From Asterias rubens (Eukaryota), in assembly GCF_902459465.1 (NCBI RefSeq), contig NC_047063.1, positions 12,214,001 to 12,278,000 of the forward strand: a DNA stretch of 64,000 nt, given 5' to 3'. A program made the translations under genes and the position numbers. Below are positions 58,854 through 64,000 of the stretch, piece after piece; position 1 is the first letter of the stretch; each line of letters opens with the position of its first letter. Below the pieces are notes generated by a model, which was not told the DNA's origin, searched no databases, and worked only from the letters and a program-made list of their open reading frames with translations.

Positions 58854-60569
58854 TTATGAATTTTGATACCTGTAGTTCACTATGCTGCTTGTAATTTAGC
58901 ACCCCTAAAACCAATGCTGTACCATTTACATTCTCACTCTCAGTACCTAGAATGTACTACATTGCGTTTTAATTGACAACTTTCTCCTTCTGCTCTACAT
59001 GTTCTACTTGGACTGCATATAACATTGTTCACATGATTGCTGTAGGCATTAATAAAACCTGTAGGGCATTATTAATACTGTTCACATGATAGACAATTTT
59101 GAAGACTGTCATGACATTGAGCAGACATAGAGTTGGGTTTGCAGCAGCGCAGTGTGTTTGTGCGTTTACCATATTTGGTGTTTGTGTCTGCTGTACAGGC
59201 TTATGGACAGAGACCAGCAGTGATGACAGTGAACAGTGGGGCCCAGTGGCAGACAACATCACTAGGGTTATTGATGGCAATTTTCAAGCAGGAATTCCAC
59301 ATAAAACAAAGTTTTTCTCAGCGTTTTGAGTGGATCTACAAAACCGCTGAAACTATCCAGTATTTATTTTACCACTTTTGGAATGTTAAAAACTCTTGGC
59401 AAGAAGTTTTTTAATACCTTTCTTGATGTTGGCATCTTTCAAAGTTAGGACCTAATGTACAGGACAACTTTCTTTGCCTTGTCCTATCTCTCTCCATCTA
59501 TCTTTCTGAACGAATGTGAACTTTCTTTCCCAAAGAAATGCTATTGTTTGATGATATGAAATACACACAAAACAAATTATAAGGATTGATATTAAAGAAT
59601 TATGTTGTATCCATCTTAAAAAAAGGGTTTACCAATGATAATGAAAAATAGTCAAATAATTTATGAACAATAATTAATAGTTAATTTTCTTCAGCAATTT
59701 TACACCTACCAAAAAAAGTACACAATAGAATAAACTTCAAAAAAAAAAAGTTCAAATACATAATTAATTGACATTTTTCTCATAGAAGTGCCCCTTTTCC
59801 AGAGGGAAATTTGCCGTGCCCTTTAAAGAGAGAGAAGTTAAAGGCCTGAACATGGCAGCTGTTAGGTCCCAAAATTTACATGAAACAATAAACCTGTGAA
59901 CATTTAAGCTGAATCAGTCATGGGAGTCACGGTGACTGATAAAGTAATATTCAAATCTTCGTTTATTGCATCTATTTATAGGGTAAACTCCTTGTTTGTT
60001 TTGAATGCCTTGTCATCGAAGGACAAAATAACAATTTAGGGGAAGTCTTCGTAAACAGACGTCATGTAAGAGGCCTGTAGATCATAAATATTCTCGGAGG
60101 ACAAATTGTAACAAAGTGACAAGATGTCAGTTTGTAAGTGGGGAGGAGAGCACTGCTCATCTCATTCATAAATCTTTCCCCATCACAAGGGAGATCATTC
60201 AAATTGAGGAAGATCACGTTTTGAAATGGATTTATTTTTGGGGTTTGTTTATTTTGTTTGTTTGTTGTTTGCTTTTGGTGAGTTGAGGGGCGAGAAAATT
60301 CATTCTTCTTATGTGAAGTTACTCGTCTTATGTGAAGTTACTCGTCTTAACCTACGACTAGCATCAAGTTTTTTATATCTTCTGCCCAATTTATTTTGAA
60401 ATCGACCCCTGATTTGCTTATCCATTGATGAGGTTACTCTCTCCCACAAAGACTCCTTGAATTTTATAGTTCCAGGGGTAACCAAAAGATGGAAACGCCA
60501 TCATTTCAACATACCTTCAAAGTTTGGCTCCTAGTGTCATACCTCACTTTTATGAGATTGTTGTGGCAG

Positions 60570-60790
60570 TATAGATAGTTCCCACATGACGTAAATCGGC
60601 CATCTTTACGGGCAATTTGGAACACACAGCCATGGGTTTCGCATTAGAACATCGTGCAGCACTTGCACATTTCACAAAATTCTTTGCCTGATTGGTTAGT
60701 AAACAGCGTGGTTGCGTTTATAAACTGAGCACCTGCAAGCCAAAATGCAATTTGCCCGTAAAGATGGCGTCTATTGCAACTTATCTATAG
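60570..60790. mobile_element. MITE with long TIRs (gccatctttacgggcaa ... ttgcccgtaaagatggc), TA-flanked
   Basis: Inverted 17-mer plus tatagat/atctata ends. Confidence 0.7.
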
Positions 60791-61210
60791 TCTGCATGTA
60801 AAGTTTATGTATTTAAACACAAATGCACCAATTGTCAACTATAATATGGAGAGACGGCATAACTAAGGTTTTATTCATTACAACACAAATTAAAAATGTG
60901 GTGCATAACAGTTGGCAAGGTGGAAAAACTTGTGCTCAAAAGTTTGCACATAAATTTTGTGGTATAAGGATGGTCATGGTAGAAAACTGAAAACTGAAAT
61001 GCATAGTTTTCAGAAATGAGTAAATAAAATAGTTTTAATCTTGCAAGACAAAATTCTGATGTTTGTAAACAGAAACATATAAGTTTCTTTCCACTATTTT
61101 CTTGTGACGCTGATGACCATTTTTTAGTAAGAATAATTACAGGGTTGTTACTTCGTGTACATTGGAACCTGTAAAGTGTGGAAATCAACAATGCTGTTCG
61201 TTCTTGAAGT

Positions 61211-61411
61211 ATAATAATAATAATAATAATGAAAATGTATAAGGCGCCGGTATCCGCCATGACTGACGCTCATGGCGCACTAACAAAAAGAAAAGAAAGA
61301 AAAGAAAAGAACAACAAATTAATCACAAAAACGTGAGGAAAACAGGTGGGTTTTTAAGCAGGATTTAAATACAGTCAATGAAGAAGACTGACGAATTTCA
61401 AGGGGTAGATT
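61211..61411 (-). mobile_element. L2-clade LINE extreme 3' end
   Basis: Minus strand NLPLEIRQSSSLTVFKSCLKTHLFSSRFCD* followed by a (TTA)n tail. Confidence 0.85.
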
Positions 61412-64000
61412 AGGGGTATAACATCAGATGTTGCAATACTACTCATTCTTGATTAACATAAAGGTATACATAAATAGCCATGAGAATATAAAACTAAAAC
61501 AAATTACACTGAAAAAAAAAATACTTTCACTGACATTTTTACAGTCAATTTAGTGAAACAACAGGGAAGGCAGTTTATCAAAAGCATCTTGGCAGTAATC
61601 TAAAATCCAATCCATAATGGTATTCAGATCTGTTCACAGTAAAAAGCTACGAGATAGAATCTTCAATCCCTCATGAACACCTTAAAAAACCTCATACCTT
61701 GTGTATAGCCGAGTTGTCATGACAATGAAAAGAGGCATTAGTATGGCTGGTCAGTTTCCATGCTTAATGGTCCACTATTGGGTCAGGTTTTGCACAGTTT
61801 ATTTATTTTTAATGCACACGATGAGGCTCTAAAGTGTTCACGTTCGTGCTGGGGATACATGTTGGCTGCCGAGTTTCGTGTTAATGCTGGGAAAATGTAT
61901 CTTTGTACAATTGTAAACATGAGGATTTGATTCTGTTTGTTTGTTTTAAACAACAATTTTAAATGGTGAAGTACGTCAGAAGGCGTCACAGTATTTGATT
62001 TCGCTCGTTCAACTCTGACAAAAGCAATCTTTGATTCAAACTAAGTGCTTTTGCATAAAATTAGCTCAGAATCTTTGATTAATGACGTTACCTGTCATAG
62101 ACAATTTTATACATGATGCAGATGACGTTTTTTTTTAATGGAACTGGTTATTGCAAAATGGCATTTTGTTGTCTCTCTCTCTCAAAGCAGAGCCACTCCA
62201 AAGCTATCAGAGGAAACTGATTAGAAGTGGCTGGAGGCTGTATAGAATGATGCAAGGATATATAACGTGAATCCTGTCGCCTTTACAGTAAGATCCGAAA
62301 GTCTTGTTGCTAAGTGATAGGTAAAGTAAAGAGTAAAGTTCACGCTGAGGATGGGAGGCGGCGCTGATCTCAAACCATGGAATTAAAGGGGTCCCTAAAT
62401 ATTAATCAAACACTGACTGAGGACGATGCTGATGAGTGGTAGATGCTGAGGCACTCTAATTGGATCCCATTAAAGGGGCACCTTGGGTGAACCAAATTCC
62501 AGCAGTCCTTAGGCACAGTTGTTAAAGGTGCACCTCGGTTTATAGAAACTAAAGACTTCAAGTGGGTGTTACAGGGAGTTCTTAACTTAAAGGTATCTCA
62601 GATTCATGGAGCAAAGGTTCTTATTTTGATACTTGGATGACCTCAATAGTAAACCTAGTTTTTATGAGAGGTCAAAAACCATAGATGATTAAAATCAAGT
62701 AACTACTTTCTGGTTGTGTAATCTGTATTCTCATAAAGCAATTGGAACATTTTGCACTTTATTTAGGCTTGCGATTTCCAGCCTTCAAATTGTCAGTGGA
62801 TTCAGTGAAGCAGTCAACAAATGGAGAAATTTGCGGTTTTCATATTTCTTGTGTTGCATAAAGTCTGTAAGGAGGTTCCCTGGCACTGATGGTTCCGGGT
62901 CTCAAGTGAGGGGGAACCCAGCCGCAAAGGCAATTTTTTCCCAGGAATTTTCACATTCATCAAATCTCAAGCCTGTTTTGAACTCCCACATCAGTCACTT
63001 TTTATTTCCTTGGTTGTAGTTACAGACATTAATTAAAAAAACACTTTTAAAGCAACATCGGCTAAAGGTCTTCAGACAAAAACAAAGTTACATAAAATGC
63101 CATTCCACTCAAAGTGTTTGCATCATTCATAAAATACACCTTTTGCAAAAGCAATTCCTCACAATTTTAAGGCAAGCAAACTTTCCTTGTTTGTTTGAAG
63201 AAACTCTTAAACAAATATTATCTTTTGACCAAGTAAGATTTCATGGCTAGAGTTTTTACATATATTTTTGTATTGTTAAGAGATGGGCTTAACACAATCC
63301 ATCTAAAGAACCATAGTCTTATTTGAAGAAGCTGCAAAAAACCCCATAATTTTTAGAAACGGGGGCGAATATATAGTATCAGTTTTCATGGTGTGCCGGA
63401 GATGAAGTGCCAACAAATACTTTCATTGTTTGCACAGCGCACATGCGTGGTTGTGTGCATCGCACTTTTATTTTAAAAGCGTACCGACCGTTCCTGCCCT
63501 TTTGACTACATTAAAAAGTAACATCTTCGGTGTTCCAAGTCTTGTTTCTCTCAAATTCACTGACGGATTCATTTGGGAGTTATAAATTAATAAAGGGGAG
63601 GCAAACGATTTCAGGTAACACACAACTTGCAATTTGTGCACTGTGACTATCGTCTTCTAGTTGTCTTAAAAATGTATCTCATGAATGTCTGATGTTCTGC
63701 ATAAATATATTCCTTCTCGTCCTCTCTGTTCTGCTGGAGAATCCCTACTGACGCAAACTTCTTTTTCCCCTCAAAATTCTATGGTCAAACAGCCTTCTAC
63801 TTCATCGCTAGGAATAATGGAAAGAATAGCCTCTTCATATTCGCCAAGCTGGCTGTCTACTAACTTAAAAAAAAAACCTTTTAATTTAAGGACTCAGTTG
63901 TATGAAATTACATTTGTTTAATACATTTCATTGTTCTATGTTTTGTGTTACGTGTAGAGGCTCATGCATTATGCGCTTAATGTCTGGACTTATTGTTCAG

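Noticed and set aside
59187-59329. Possible exon GLWTETSSDDSEQWGPVADNITRVIDGNF..., faintly like a discoidin (F5/8) domain or a Cav1 loop
   Set aside because: It is not the expected PFE...ANC exon, has an AG rather than AC acceptor, runs to a stop, and the similarity is too weak.
63685-63921. Coding-looking minus-strand stretch after ttttttaag (LVDSQLGEYEEAILSIIP...)
   Set aside because: An in-frame stop follows after about 30 codons and I recognised no homology.

Overview
AT-rich, repeat-dense eukaryotic genomic DNA, probably from an invertebrate deuterostome such as a sea star (inferred from Deu-domain SINEs, L2 LINE ends and TTAA MITEs). The supplied ORF track misses most of the gene content because the exons are short. 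Two genes sit head to head. (1) DCP1, an mRNA-decapping cofactor, is on the minus strand: exon 1 at 45092-45226, exon 2 at 43426-43466 and exon 3 at 1348->1464, whose acceptor is hidden in the N gap, so intron 2 is about 42 kb. (2) An L-type calcium channel alpha-1 gene (Cav1) is on the plus strand: a clear coding exon at 49672-49987 carries an NSCaTE motif and a downstream Met, and ends at a minor-spliceosome AT-AC donor (ATATCCTTT). I found no next Cav1 exon in the window. The DCP1/Cav1 divergent pairing matches human DCP1B/CACNA1C and DCP1A/CACNA1D as I recall them. Several frame-compatible (phase-1) candidate upstream Cav1 exons lie near or antisense inside the giant DCP1 intron. The rest is about 20 Kolobok-like TTAA MITEs, other MITE families, SINEs, L2 3' ends and Penelope-type hammerhead relics. 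There is also a co-oriented CTCF-motif cluster and a 107-bp minisatellite whose units each carry a U12 5' splice-site motif. All coordinates were read by eye, and repeat boundaries are approximate.
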